A stretch of 64,000 nucleotides of DNA from Camelus dromedarius (lineage: Eukaryota). Made by a program: the position numbers and the translations under genes. Shown in pieces: positions 26,070 through 39,470 of this stretch (position 1 is the first letter of the stretch; every line of letters starts with the position of its first letter). The DNA lies in contig NC_087436.1 in the NCBI RefSeq assembly GCF_036321535.1, forward strand, positions 91,080,001-91,144,000. The letters run 5' to 3'. Below the pieces are notes generated by a model. The model ran no database searches. It had not been told where the DNA came from and was given only the letters and a program-made list of their open reading frames with translations.

Positions 26070-27503
26070 CCTGTGGTGGAAGTTGGAAGGAGGTAATTAG
26101 TGAGGCATTAGAAAAAATGGACTAATCAACTTTATAATTAAGCCAGAGCAGAGGAGGAAAAGCAAGTGTAACAGTGTATGTCAAGACTGCAAAAAGTCTT
26201 TGTATGTCATGATATAGGAGATTATAGGGATAAAATCACAGAGAAGCAAAGTGATCTTGTTCATATGCATGTCCTTTCTTTGCCAGCTGTCTTAACCATG
26301 AGTAACAATGGTGAGGCTCTGGCTTTAAAATACTTGGCATTTGTTTCACTCCCTTTCTCTCTTGTGTTAGCAACATTCTTACCTACAGTCACCTCCCGTC
26401 ACCTGCGAAGCAGCAGCACTTCGCCTGTCAGTAGCTCATGATTATCCCGCTCACCCACCTCTCAGAGAGGAACTTGGCAGCTCTGTAGAGAACCAACAGT
26501 TCTCTTCTTTCATGCTGTTAGAACACTTTATTCATCCCTCTAGAAAAGCACTTATCAAGTCGCATTACATTACTTTTCTCATACATCACCTTCTCTATCT
26601 CTATAATGTCAGCTCATAGAGCTGACAAATTCATCTCTTCAGTTTGGCATTCCCACCACTCAACAGGTTTTCAAAAAAGGATTGCTGAAGGAATTAATAT
26701 TACGATTATTACAATGATCAGTTTGTCAGATTCTTTCTAATTATTGATTTTTGTATCCACATATCACTAGAGACTTTCATTTTTCCTTCCAGCCCATCAG
26801 TGATTTCTCTCTCTTATTACGCATATGTTAGTTATTCTGCTTTTAATTCTAGGTTACAGCTATGACTGCAGCATACTTTTTTGTATCATATGAATAACCC
26901 TCTAATTCTGGCTAGGTATTTTTCTCATCCTCCCGTTATTGAGCTTACATTCCTTTATTTTAATGTCAATAATTTCCAATTTAATTTGTTTTATGAGAAC
27001 TCCATTAGAGATTTCTTTTTAACAATGCTTTTTATCACCTTTTTCTGAATCTTCAATCCTCTAATAAAGTTATTTTCTAGAATACCAAATGAAGCTTCCT
27101 TCTGTCAAAAAAATTTAGTAGCCTTGAATAAATAATTCCATTTTGTCCTCATGGATCATCTGGTTCATTATTACAGGATGATATTCTCATATTCTTCATA
27201 AATGACATGATAGTATAAGAAATATATTACTCATGTTTTGGAGATCTAACAAATAAAATTTTATTATAGAAAATTAGCAAATGAATGTTACCAATTCTGA
27301 AGGAATTTTTTATAAAGTTAATTATCTTCAATATTAGCTCTTTATTCATTCATTGAAAATACTTTTATTAGGCACCTAGTCATGTATAATACATAGATTA
27401 CACATAGATTTCTTGGTAGATAGAAGAGTTTTTAAAAAATCCATATTCAAATGGATCCCTCTTAAATTATTAGGGATTTAAATGTAACTCATTTTGGTGG
27501 CAT

Positions 27504-28141
27504 TGTTACCAAACCAAACTTGGGTCCACTTGTCCATGCTCAGTAAAGCCAATCTGTTGACATCGGGCTGCGGTGAAGGAAAGAGCAGCATTTACCCCAG
27601 GGCACCAAGCAAGAGTCCAGGTAGCGAGTGCTTAAAAGGCCTGAACTCCCTGAAGTCCCCGAAGGCTTTCAGGGAAAGGTTTTTAAAGACGGGGGGGTGA
27701 GGAGGGTGGGGGTCGGGGGGGCGTTGTGAGGTGTGTGATCAGCTCATGGACATTCTTCTGACTGGTTGGTGGTGAGGTAATCAGGGGTCAGCATCATCAA
27801 CCTTCTGGTTCCAACTAGTCTGGGGTCTACATTGCCTCTTCAACTTTGTGAGGGTTTTAGTATCTGCAAAACAGCTCAAAGGATATGGCTCAGAATATTA
27901 TCTATAGTCCTTGAGGAGGAGCTAAAGGTCCTTGACTTTGTTTAATGGCTAAACTATTATTATTATGTCTTGCTTGACTGTTTTTTTCTTTAAGCATTTT
28001 CTAAATTTTCTGATTAAGTTTACTCTCTGGAACTCGGGGAAGACCTAGGAGGCTAAAGGTTTTCTACAGACAAGAGGCAGGTGGAGGACATGGTGGGGGT
28101 GGGTCTGTTCGGAAAGGCCCCATAGGGTCCTGCTTGTATCA
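27504..28141. mobile_element. Solo ERV1-type LTR
   Basis: TG...CA termini; tgttaccaaaccaaacttgggtcc...gtaaagccaatct...ggcaccaagcaag; GC-richer than flanks. Confidence 0.7.
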
Positions 28142-28512
28142 CTGATGTTTATAATATGGTGTCACGTTGGATATTACTTAACTCAGAGAATTTCTCTGAG
28201 CAATGATCATTTCTAAAAAAATTCAAGTCTCTTTTCCCATTTTATCTTCATAGAACTTTCATTTACCCTAAGAAAAGCCACATTTCTCCTTCCTAAATAA
28301 GACCTTTAATGTTGTATTTCTCTAGATTCAAACCCAAAGATTAATAGACCCTGGAATTCTTGTTTGTTTGTTTGTTTGCTTCAAAGGCACTATCACAGAA
28401 GGATGTTTTGTCCCAGCCTTGATTCAGGAGAAATCTCAATTAGATTGTCCATGCATGTGCACACATGATACAAGGTTTCTTCTGAATACGACCACTTTCC
28501 TTTGTAACTTAC

Positions 28513-28745
28513 CAGTATTCTGAGGTATTGCAGGGAGAGTAGTGGGGTGGAAAGGTTCTCCATGTAGGACAGGTTTGGAGCAAAATCCCGAGATGTGATC
28601 TGGCATCATTCTTGCCAGTGACAGCGGATCATATGATGATAGCTCTTGAATGAAAGTCTACCCAGTACGAGCAGGAGGGACAGCTGGATATTTCTAACAC
28701 TCAGACATTTGAAAGCTTCAGGTCTGAGTCCTAGGTTGGCAGTCT
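28513..28745 (-). pseudogene. Relic exon
   Basis: Acceptor ctaattttcatttgttcttttattag, donor CTG|GTAAGT; DCQPRTQT*SFQMSEC*KYPAVPPARTG*TFIQELSSYDPLSLARMMPDH...PAIPQNT; phase 2 to 1. Confidence 0.65.
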
Positions 28746-29031
28746 CTAATAAAAGAACAAATGAAAATTAGTAGGTATTTTATCAAAATCTGTCTGAAAT
28801 TGCTCTGTGAAGCATCAACCACATTTCTATAGGAAGTTTTGGCAATGATGGGCACAGGCATTGGTGTTCTTGACTTAGGCATTCATTAACTCAAGCCATT
28901 TTTTGAAATGAGGTGGATTATACATAAATTAATAAGCAACAACAAAAAGAGCAGCCAAAAAGGGCAGTCTCTGAGCCTGGGAGTGGACATCAGTGACCTC
29001 AGCATTCGAGTTAAGCACCTTCAGTGCATAC

Positions 29032-29092
29032 CTGTGATTAAGCTGCTTTTGCCATTAGTTGCTATAGGAGACATTATCACAGCCAGTCGGTA
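29032..29092 (-). pseudogene. Relic exon
   Basis: Acceptor ttttcttctctttcag, donor CAG|GTATGC; PTGCDNVSYSN*WQKQLNH; phase 1 to 2. Confidence 0.65.
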
Positions 29093-29289
29093 CTGAAAGA
29101 GAAGAAAATGGTAACGCTAGGAAATTGCTAAGGAGGATTAATCAGTAGGATTTACTTAAGAGTCTGCTATCCTTCTCTCATTTCTCCACCCCAGGAACTC
29201 TGAATAATAATTTGGTAAGCATTTTAGGAAAGGGTCAGGAGTTTTTAAAGAGTAGGTGGAATGGAGCCAGATAAACACATATATTTTTA

Positions 29290-29915
29290 TTTTTATTTGT
29301 TTAATTTAATTTTAATTTTTTTATTGTGGTAAAATGCATCTAATGTAACATTCACTAGGAGTAACATTTTGTACATTCACGATGTTACACAACCATCACC
29401 ACTATCTAATTCCAAATCATTTCCGTCACCTCAAAAGGAAGCCTCATATCCTTTAAATAGTTACTCTTCATTCCCCCTCTCCTCTCAGCTTCTGGCAATC
29501 ATCAATTTCTTTTTTCTCCCTATGGAGTTGCCTAGTCTCCACATTTCATGTAATGAACGCATCTGTGGCCTCTCATGACGGGTTTCTTTCACTTAGCGTG
29601 ATGTTTCAAGGCTCATCCATATTGTAACAGGTATCAGTACTTCATTCCTTTTTGTGGGGGGAAATATTTTGGTGTATAGATATACCATAATTTGTTTATC
29701 CATTCATCAGTTGATGGACATTTGGGTTGCTTCCACATTTCAACTATTGTGAATAGTGCTCTTGTAAATACTCTCGTATGAGTTTTTGCTTGCACACCTG
29801 TTTTCAGTTCTATCCAGTCGTGGAATTGCTGGGTTATATGGTAATTGCATGTTTAACTTATTGAGGAACCACCAAACCATTTTCCACAGTCGCTGCATCA
29901 TTTTATATTCCCCAA
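29290..29915 (-). mobile_element. L1 3' end (L1MB-like)
   Basis: tttattgtggtaaaat...tttgtttatccattcatcagttgatggacatttgggttgcttccac...tggaattgctggg. Confidence 0.85.
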
Positions 29916-29949
29916 AGCAACATACATTCCACTTTAATTTGTAATTAAA

Positions 29950-32560
29950 CAAAAAGAAAAATAGCTGCAGTGTGGAAGATATCTAAAAGTTATACAAGGA
30001 TATTATGAAGTGCTAAATGTTAATAATTTGAAATCTCAAGTTAATAGATATTTTGGACAATATAGTACTCAAAAATTGGCACTTAAGCCGAAAATTTGTA
30101 CAGATTAATAACTACTACTAAATCCTTGCCCCTAAAATGATGGTTTTATAGGTGAATTCTACTACATTTCAAAGGAATATGTGTCAATTTTACACAATTT
30201 ATTTCTTCTACTAGAAAAGAAAAGACATGCAACTTATATTTGGATGTGAGTGTAACTTTGATATCTGTATCAGTCAGGGTCCCAGCAGGAAGCGGTTGGC
30301 ACACTCACACTGGGGAATGGTAGAGATTTTAATGAAGGGACTCTACAGCTGTTTGGGTTGACTTTCAGAAAACCAATAGAGAATAGTTTTATACTCAGAC
30401 TTACAATAAAAGAAGCCAATGTCACTTTTTGACCTTAAAGGGTAATTTGAGAGAATAATTTACAAAATCCAGGTGGAGCTGGGACCTTTGGTAGGTTAGA
30501 TGCATTGAACTGCAATCTAACAGAAAGAGAATTGGGAGAGTAAATACCCAGACTTCACTCACATCCTGCCCTTGCGTCTCCTGCCAGAAGGAGGTTATGG
30601 ACAATGGTACCAGAATCCAGAGGGCAAGACCCCACTGATGGAATCCATTCAGTCACATTCCATGATACAGAGCAGAGAGAAGAATAGAGAATAAATCCAA
30701 AAGGGTAAATGAAAAAATATCCAGCAGAGTATCAAAACTAGATGAAGACACTATGGGAAAATGAATATGTGAGCCAATTTCTCTCTTGAGCACAGATTAA
30801 ATTTTTCTAAATATTAATTAGCCAACAAAATTCAGCAGCATATTTAAAAAAACACACCATGAATCAAAGATGACTTATCTCAGGAATGCAAGGACAGTTA
30901 ACATCAGAGCATGTAAAAACATAATTCATCACATTAATGGATGGAGGGTAAACATTCTATGATCATCTCAATGTACACAGAAAAAACTTGGGAAATGTTC
31001 AAAATTCATTGGAGGTTTTCTTAAAAAGTTCTTTTAAAAGTAGGAATAAAAGGAAATTTCCTTAATCAGATAAAATCGATCTTTCCTTACTACTACTGAC
31101 ACCTATCCCCAATTGCAGTATAAAGCAGAACAAGTGGACAAATGCAAACCAATACCAAATGTTATATTTAATGAAGAAATTTCAGAAGCTTCCTTTTACT
31201 ATTAGGAATTAGGCAAAACTCTCATATGCTATGAAGTTCTGTCTGATTAAATACAAAGGGGGGAAAAGGCACGTTTGTGAATTAAAAGGAAGAAGACAAA
31301 TGTTCAGTATTTCTAATTAATTGATCATTGGTCAAAAAAAAAAACAAAAAAACAAAAACAACAACCAGACAATTAGCAGACAAACTATTAGAACTATTAA
31401 GACAGCAAGATAAATATGCAAAAATCAATAGCATTTATTTGCAACAGCAAGCGAAATAGAAATAGAAAATAGGACATATTTTTACAATATTTACAATCAT
31501 ACTAAAGACCATGAAGCTTCCAGAAATTACCCACTCAGTTCCTGAAGTAACAAAGTTCAGAACTCATTCCCAATGCCTTGTTTTCTTCTGACTTCTAATT
31601 CACCATTGTCTGAAATACTTCCCAAAGCTGTCCACTTCTCTTCACCTCTATTACTATCACATTGGTTGAAGCAAACATCATGTCTGGATTTCTGTTTAGT
31701 GAAGTCACCAGAGACAAAATTAATAGCTGACAGACTAGGAGAAAATATTTGCAACATTAAAAAAATAAAACTTTTAATTTTAGAATGGTTTTATATTTAT
31801 CAGAAAGTTGCAACGATAGTACAGAGATTTTATATATACCCTGCAGACAATTTTCCCTATTGTTAACATCTTATATTAGTATGAGTTCTTTGTCACAACT
31901 AATGAATGACATATTATTTATCAAAGTTTATAGAAAATTTCATTTACTTTATTCATATCCTTTAGTTTTTTTAATCTAGCATCATTTTTCTGTTTCAGAA
32001 TACTGAAAATATTCTTACATTAATCAATAATAAAAATGTAAAAAAAAAACCTGTGGATGGCATTTTATACATTTGGCAAAAATGAGAAAATTGGATAACT
32101 CATGACTGTTAAAGATGGCAGGATTTGGGAATCTTGTACTTTATGTTTGAGAGTCTAATTTAGTGAAGTGTATTTTAGAGAGCAAACTGCAAGTATTTTA
32201 GTAAAACTGAGGAGGTACCTACTCAATTGGGACATATATATCCAGGGATCTTGCCTTCAAATATAAAGGAGACATTTATGAGGCAATTTACCATAGTACT
32301 GTATGAATAAGAAGTTGGAGGCAACCCACATGTTTATCATATATGAATGGGTAAATGACATGTAGTTATGCATATCATAGAATATTAATCAGAAGAATAA
32401 ACCTAGATTTGCATAAAGGAACATATACTAGATACCAAAACAATGTTAAATGGAAACATTAAGAAATAGAACATAATTTACAGCACCATGCCATTTATAT
32501 GCTTTTAAAAATATAGATGAAAATAACACACTATTTTTACAAATAAACATAGAAATTAAT
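29950..32560 (+). mobile_element. Old degenerate L1 ORF2/3' fragments with nested insertions
   Basis: ggttttataggtgaattctac; caggaatgcaagg...ataattcatcacattaa; aaactattagaactattaa...gcaaaaatcaatagcattt. Confidence 0.65.
30266..30728. mobile_element. MaLR (MLT1-like) LTR nested in L1
   Basis: tgtatcagtcagggtcccagcaggaagc...ggcacactc...tatccagca. Confidence 0.6.
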
Positions 32561-33227
32561 CTAAAAGCCTTTCATTAAATACAAACTCTGCTGCTTCAGG
32601 AGTAGGGTTAACTTGGATAGCGGGTAAAGAGGAAAGACAAGCAAATAATAATTTTAACTATGCAGAACATGATCTGTTGATATTTTGTTATACTGAGAAG
32701 ATCAATTCAGTTCTTGAGGGTCAAAAACAATTCCAGCAAGACCTCATTCAAAGCATAACATCAACCAACCAACTAACCAACCATCATGACCATCAGCAGC
32801 AAAGTTGTAAGGTGTAAATAAAACCATTTGTTAGATTTAAAAATGGCAATATTTATGTTAATGATTATCCAAAGTCATTAAATAATTCAACAAATATTTT
32901 TGCACTTTCAAATTTTTGTACTGGGCTCAACTGAAGGATATAAAAACGCATATTTAAATAAAATTTAGGAGTTTTCTAGATAGTTTTATCACATCAGTAT
33001 GAGAATTAGTGTCACATATAACAGCATTTCTGAAACTCACATTACTAGCATATTATTTTTATGCCATTCTTTATTGTTGCTGGCTTTTTATTTTAAAATT
33101 TACTTTTCTTAGACTAAAATCATCAGTTTAAGATCCCTAGGGGCAGTTTGTTATTATATATTCCATTCAATTTCCAACACTTGATTGTCTTTAAAATATA
33201 ATTTGGCATTATTTACAGTATCCTTGC

Positions 33228-33449
33228 CTGTGAAGAGTAACTCAAAAACAGTTTTTGTAGATACTGATGAAATTTGAACTTGTGCTCCCTTTTCACTTCT
33301 CTTCTCTATGAAGCTTGTCAGATTTAACCTTATTCTTAGATTCAAACTATTATTTAATTTATCATTGCTATGCAGCTTCTTTTTTTTAGATGCAAAAGCT
33401 TACATACTGAAGAATTTGCCTTGAAGGTACTGGCTCTCGTACTCTATTA
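33228..33449 (-). pseudogene. Relic exon
   Basis: Acceptor ttcttaactttttctcctcatag, donor CAG|GCAAGG; 222 nt, 1 stop in 73 codons (IEYESQYLQGKFFSM*AFASKKKK...VFELLFT); phase 1 to 1. Confidence 0.65.
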
Positions 33450-34211
33450 CTATGAGGAGAAAAAGTTAAGAAATAAACAAAAAAATTCCCTCAACATTGA
33501 TTTTTATTCTATAACCTATATAACTTCCTTGTAGTATAATGTATAAATTTTATTCAAACACAAAAATATATTACTTAATCTAATTTATTACCATGTAGAC
33601 CTTTTTCAGTCAATGATACACCCCAGAGATCTCTCCATAGTTGTATATAGAAATATTCTTCTTTCCTTTGCACAACCACATTGCAACTCATTAGGTGGGT
33701 ATACTAGTGTTTATTCAACCAGTCCCCAAATAATGGCCATTTAGAAGGGACAGGTGGTCACTATACCTTTTCTAACTTCCAGGCTTTAGAGCTTCCTCTT
33801 TCATTGTCTGTAAATTGTTCAAACATAAGGCCCTCAGATACCCCAGTTCGTGGCCCTTCCTAACTTTCTGGGCCTTCCTTTTCATTTGTATCAATTGTCC
33901 CTGTTTTGCCAATTTTGGATTCTATTCCAGGTGGGTTCTCCTTTCATCCTGCAGGGAGCCTGCTCTAGTGTCTCTAAACCTCGCTGCAGGCCCCATGCAC
34001 TCACCGGAAACGGAGAATGTGGGAAACCTGCTTATTTCAGTTGTTCTCCTGAGGCTTGCTGCTCTTTTCCTGGGAGCACCTGTTGGGCTTCAGGGTTTGT
34101 CCTGTTCTTAACATCTGTGAGCTGCCTCATTACCGCCCTCTGTCGGTACTCTGTGATACTACACAGATTGTACAGCTGTAGAATTGGTCACAGATTTAAC
34201 AACAACAAAAA

Positions 34212-34376
34212 AGAGTTGCTAGGTAATAAAAATTCAAGATGCCCAGTTAAATTTGAATTTTAGATTAACAGCATAATTCTTAGTATAATTATGTCCCATA
34301 TAATATTTGGGACACATTTATACTGAAAAAATTATTCAAGTTTCACTAAATATGTTACATTTTATCTGGCAACCTA
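34212..34376. mobile_element. MER53-like hAT MITE
   Basis: gagttgctag...cccagttaaatttgaatttt...palindromic tgtccca...tgggaca...tctggcaaccta. Confidence 0.75.
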
Positions 34377-34615
34377 GTTCAGGTGTTTGTTTTTAATGAG
34401 CCTATGGATAGACTCAGGATGACATGAAAGCAATGCCACCACAATGGTCATCAACACAATTCTTATTTTTTTGTTTTTAAATTTTTATTTTGGCTACATT
34501 TCATAGTTACTAAATGGTCCCTTTTGTTTTCTCACTTTTCATTTATTTAAATGAATCTATCATGCATATATTATACATTAACATTAGGTTCCAGGGATAT
34601 TTGTAACTAGAGATA

Positions 34616-34970
34616 TGTTGTGGACTGAAAGTTGGTGGCCCCAAAATTCACATGTTGAAATTCTAACCCCCAGTGTGATTGTACCAGGAGGTGGGGCCTT
34701 TGAGAGGCGATTAGGTCATGAGGGTGGAGCCCTCATGAATGAGACTGGTGCTCTTACAAAAGAGGTCCCAGGGAGTATTCTTGCCCCTTCTATCACAGAG
34801 GACACAGAGAGAAGACTGTCTTTCCAGCAGGAAGTAGGCTCTCACCAGACATGGAATCTGCCAGCACCTTGATCTTAGACTTCTCAGCCTCCAGAACTGT
34901 GAGAAAAAAATGTTGTTTAAGGCATCAGTCTGTGGTTTTTCTGTTATAGCAGCCCAAACTGATGAAGACA
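34616..34970 (+). mobile_element. MLT1A-like MaLR solo LTR
   Basis: TG...CA termini, typical MLT1A text, near-perfect 5-bp TSD agata/agatg. Confidence 0.85.
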
Positions 34971-36071
34971 AGATGTATCAGTAATAAATTCATCTAATTC
35001 TGCTTCATATACATGTGGTTAGGGTATCGATTTGGCTGTTGGTAAGGCCTTTTGATAGGTTACTAATTTACAGTAAAAGGCAGTTTATTTTGAAGTAATA
35101 TTTCCAATTCAATAAATCATATAATGCTTTAAAGGAAGATCACGTATGTCCTTGAAAGGAAAGGAGATATTAACGCCATATTTAAAAAAGAAAAAAAATT
35201 GTCTTAGTTAGAAAGAACAAGAGTTCCAGCTATATCAAGCAGCACTAATTATCTGTTCATAAATGTTACAAGGGCAAGGGACCAAAAGAAGAGGACACAA
35301 CATTTTCAGCTCATAAGAGAAGCAAGGGAAGGAGTTTTAACTAAAGAGGCAATAGATGTGTCAACAGTTAAGAAAATGGGAAAGAGCTGTTAAAGGCCAC
35401 AATAAAGTTTTGGGTTATCGGTTGATAAACACATACACATACGTGCATGTGCGTGCAAGGGGAAATGTGGCCCCTAAGAGTGCTAATTTTCTAAGCAAAA
35501 GTGCTAATATCCAGATGACCCTCCCACTCCAAAATTAAAATTATCTCCTATATTTAGCTCAAAAAGTGTTCTCATTCCAGAACACCTGAATACATCAGAC
35601 CTTTCTATCTCACAGTCAGTACAAGCAGGAGCCAAGGTTACAGACAAAAAGGCATAAAAGCAGCAAACAACAGAAAATGTATAGAGACAACTGCACATGA
35701 AATGGTGTCTGTGATGGAAAGGGACCCATTATGGAGGGTGGAAGATAGTATGATTCTAAGATTTTTTTGAAGGGAGAAAACAAGAGAACCATATGAGATG
35801 ACTAATACCATACAGATTTAGTGAAGAAGGAATGAACTTAAAATCATCAAGGCACATCTGGACCAACCGCCAGCCCACAACGTGTCCTCCCACGGCAGTA
35901 GGTCATGTAACACATGAAGAAAGGAGCCCAGGAAGGAATGTGAGGGCAATTGTAGACTGACTTTGACCTTTACAGCTTGGCGTTTCGATAGCCACCACTA
36001 GAACTACCTTTTAAAATCCTCCTTTAATATGCTTGTTACAAGGAAAATAAGCCATGCTAAACATCACCTAC

Positions 36072-36265
36072 TATTATATGAAGTATTTCTTTTCCTGTAG
36101 TTTAAATACCAGTTTTAAACTGTTAGATTGCGACTGGAATAGAGGATGCTGAAAAATAATAATTTCTTTAATAGCTAATGGTGCTTCCTGGTCAGTTTTG
36201 ATGACCACTTAGGTAGATGCTAGGTATTTTCAAGGCTTTTGCAGACTTCTTGAAATATTTTCAGA
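36072..36265 (-). pseudogene. Relic exon
   Basis: Acceptor ttaatttttatcttag, donor A|GTAGGT; LKIFQEVCKSLENT*HLPKWSSKLTRKHH*LLKKLLFFSILYSSRNLTV*NWYLNYRKRNTSYN; phase 2 to 1. Confidence 0.6.
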
Positions 36266-36360
36266 CTAAGATAAAAATTAAGTTATATCAAACATATCCC
36301 TTTTAGGAAGGGGAGAGTTTGCACACAAAGAGGAATATTTTCTAAGTCTCTAAATCTTGC

Positions 36361-36433
36361 CTGTATCGCACTGATTGTCAAAGACGCTATCGAAAGAGAA
36401 GGGACATTAAGTGGTTTTCATAAACCAGGTACC
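36361..36433 (-). pseudogene. Relic exon
   Basis: Acceptor catttctacttacag, donor CAG|GCAAGA; YLVYENHLMSLLFR*RL*QSVRY; phase 1 to 2; followed by a 95-nt intron. Confidence 0.62.
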
Positions 36434-36744
36434 CTGTAAGTAGAAATGTGAATTATAAGTGACAAGAGGTAGATCATTAACCATCTACAGTGTCACTTTA
36501 TGAACAAATTGAAAACCAATCTGAAAGCAATCAGAGAACACTGGAGGAGTGACTACCTATATAAGGAATAACAGCTGAGATTTCAAATGGGACGGTAAGG
36601 AGGTTATCTGTTGATACTGCTTTTGTTTTTGTATCTGAAAAAAAGTATTTTAAGATTCAGTTTTAAGAGTGATAGGGACACTTCTATAATGATGAATGTA
36701 TTTATAATAATCAGTTAAAAATTTTAGAACATACTGATAGTTGT

Positions 36745-37775
36745 GCCCACAGAATATGTAGCACTTTTGTTAGATTCAGCTGCAGTAGCTCCATGTGGCT
36801 TTGAGGCACCTGAGATGTAGCTAGTCCAAACTGAGATGTGCTGTACATGGAAGCTACACAGGGGATTTCAAAGACAGTATGGAAAAAGTGTAAAATATCT
36901 CAATAATATTTTATATTGATTACATGTTAAATGACAATTTTCAGATATGCTGAGGTAAATAAACTACATTATTAAAATTAATTTCACCTGTGTGAAGTAA
37001 AGACTTTAACATTACTTTAAAAGAAAGTTTTTTTTTTTCTTTTTGGTCTTTACCATCAACTCCTAGAAGGTAATCTTTAAGCCCTTGGAATATCCTGTTA
37101 ATGAGGGTGTTTGCTTACGTGGAAGTCTTGGGAGCCAGCAGACAGTATAACACTATGATTTATAAGGGGGCTTTGAGTCACGTGCAGTCAGCTCAAACTT
37201 GGGAGGGGCAGGAGACTAAGGTCAGCCAGGTAGGCAGTCAACCATGTATGTCTATGTGCTGGAGCTCCAATAAAAACTCTGGACACCATGTCTGAGGTGA
37301 GCTTCCCTGGTTGGCAGTACTCCAGGCATACTGCCACACATTGATGCTGGGGAAATTAGCACTGTCTGTGACACTTCCGGGAGAAGACGACCGGACACGC
37401 CAATGATGGAATGTCCCTGGACTCTGCCTTTGCATCTCTTCCCTTGGTGATTTTAACACACCCTTTCCCTGTAATAAACCCTAACCCTGAGTAGAAATGC
37501 TTTCAGTGAGGTCTGTGAGCCCTTCTAGCAAATTAACCAAAACTGAGAGTGGTCTTACAGATCCTGAACTTGCAATTGGTGTCAGAGGTGAGGTGGTCTT
37601 GAAGACCCCCCCACCCCTTGCAGTTGGTGTTAGAAGTGAGGATTGGCTTCTGGACTGTTCCTGAACTTTGTACCTGTATCTCTTTACCTTGTTTAATGTG
37701 GCCACTAGAATTTTAAAAAGTAAAAATATATCTCACATTTGTGGCTTGCATTATATCTCTTTTGGACAGTGCTGG
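36745..37775. mobile_element. MER33-like hAT element split by an LTR
   Basis: catgtggctttgaggcacctgagatgtagctagtcc...attaaaattaatttcacctg | tttaatgtggccactagaa...ttggacagtgctg. Confidence 0.75.
36991..37672. mobile_element. MER21-like LTR
   Basis: 4-bp TSD cctg on both sides; ccaataaaaactctggacacc...gagcttccctggttggcagtactc; cttgcaattggtgtcagagg. Confidence 0.75.
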
Positions 37776-37879
37776 AATGAATCGGTGTCTAGCAGGAAGG
37801 GTGGCATCAGGCAGCATGAAGTACCACAGCTCAGTGCAGGGAACAAGTATTTAAATGGCAGTTAGTTATTTAAATATAC

Positions 37880-38023
37880 AAATTTATGTGGCTTCTAATC
37901 ATCTGGGTGGAACATAGTGTTATGGATGCCATGAGTTTCATCCATGAAACTCTTCAAAAGAAAACTTCAACGAGTTGCAAGGAAAGTAAAGAGGTTGCTG
38001 TAACTTTATATGAATCCTTCTTT
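37880..38023 (-). pseudogene. Relic exon (weak donor)
   Basis: T-rich acceptor ending acag; KEGFI*SYSNLFTFLATR*SFLLKSFMDETHGIHNTMFHPDD; probable 1-nt frameshift near the end. Confidence 0.5.
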
Positions 38024-38119
38024 CTGTTTATAAACAAAATACAAAATTAAACAAAACAAATAAACAAGCCAACTTTTCAAATAAGCCAGAAATTAGAGTT
38101 AGTATAAGGAAGTGATTGA

Positions 38120-38360
38120 TTTCTGTTGTAACTCAGCAACTAAACTTCCTGGCTTTGAACCTCACCTCCACCATTTGCTAGCTGTGTGAGAGCAGGCAAG
38201 TTATCTAATCTCCCTGTGCCTCAGTTTAATTCTAAGTGATGGTAGAGGTTACACAGTAATGGTCTTATGGGAGTATTGTGAGGATTAAATAGTTTAATGT
38301 GAAAAGGGGCTTACAACATTGTTGGCACACAGTATGCTGGGATAAGTGTTACAGGCATTG
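38120..38360 (+). mobile_element. MIR SINE
   Basis: ccatttgctagctgtgtg...ggcaagttatctaatctccctgtgcctcagttt...ttgtgaggattaaat. Confidence 0.75.
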
Positions 38361-38984
38361 TCGCTGTTGGGTATATGAAGACTTGTATAAATGTTGTCCC
38401 AGTCTACACAGTCATCACTAATTTTCTTCTTTAATCCATGCCCACATTCCAGTGAATCATGAAGGACTGTTGATTTTGTTGATTAAAGTCTCCCAAATCT
38501 GCCTCTTCCACTCACATCTCTCTGCACAGAACCAGTCTGTCTTTCTCTTTGCTTTGCTGGATCATTTCAAATTTTTTAAGTGGTCTCAAAAAATCCCCCT
38601 GGTTTTTCTCCAGTGGGATGATTACATAACTCTTTGCCATAAAATACTCTGATCTATTCCCATAATTTGCACAATAAACACAAAACTACTTAATCTGGCG
38701 TTCCAACCTATCTTTGGTCCTATTATTCCCGTTCGTGTCCTCACGATTCTATGGGTTTACCCATGTTCTTCTAGAAACACAAAATATTTCTTTTTTACTA
38801 AACTCTCAGCTGGGAATATTACATTTTGCCCCGAATACTCCATTTGTCCTCCATCTTGGTGTTCTCTGCCGTCAAAATGCAGCCAGAGTTCTCCTTCTTG
38901 GCTTGTTCCCTTAGCATTTTGTTTGCATTGCTGTGATTGCACTTTCACGTTGGATTATTTGTCTACCTTGAATTTCCCCCTTTC

Positions 38985-39470
38985 GCCCTTCCAAGCCCAC
39001 TCTTCATCCTTCTGTAGTCTGCTCTGTCCCTAGAATGCTGACCCATGTGGAATAAACAATGAGGTCCCTGGCTCTCTTGCTTTTGGTTGGGTTTAACCAA
39101 GTGATAATCACTGGCAATAAACAAACGAACAGTAATAATAATAAACAATTAAAATAATAAAAAAGAGAATCAGATTGGAGTATTTCTTTTTCCCTTCCAT
39201 CCTTCCTGCTGAGTTGCTCTGGTTGATGCCTCTTACCAAAGGTCATAGCCCCTGTCAGATAGCCCTCTCCAGATAGCTCTGTCTCTGAGGTTCCAGTAAC
39301 TGCCCCCTCCCTTTGCCCTTCAGACTTAGACACAGCAATGACCTTCTGCTCTTAACAGTCCAAGTGCTTCCTTTGTTATATTTCTTAAACTCTACACACA
39401 CCAACTCTCATAAGTTACACAAAGGGAGTGTCTACCCTCAGTTTCCTGCTTAAGACTCCATCCAACATAA
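38985..39470. mobile_element. MaLR (MLT1-like) LTR, degenerate
   Basis: ccagtaactgccccctccctttgcccttcagactta...cagtttcctgc. Confidence 0.5.

Noticed and set aside
33815..34263. Overlapping 98- and 137-aa ORFs
   Set aside because: Non-ATG starts, no recognisable homology, and the longer one runs into a MITE.
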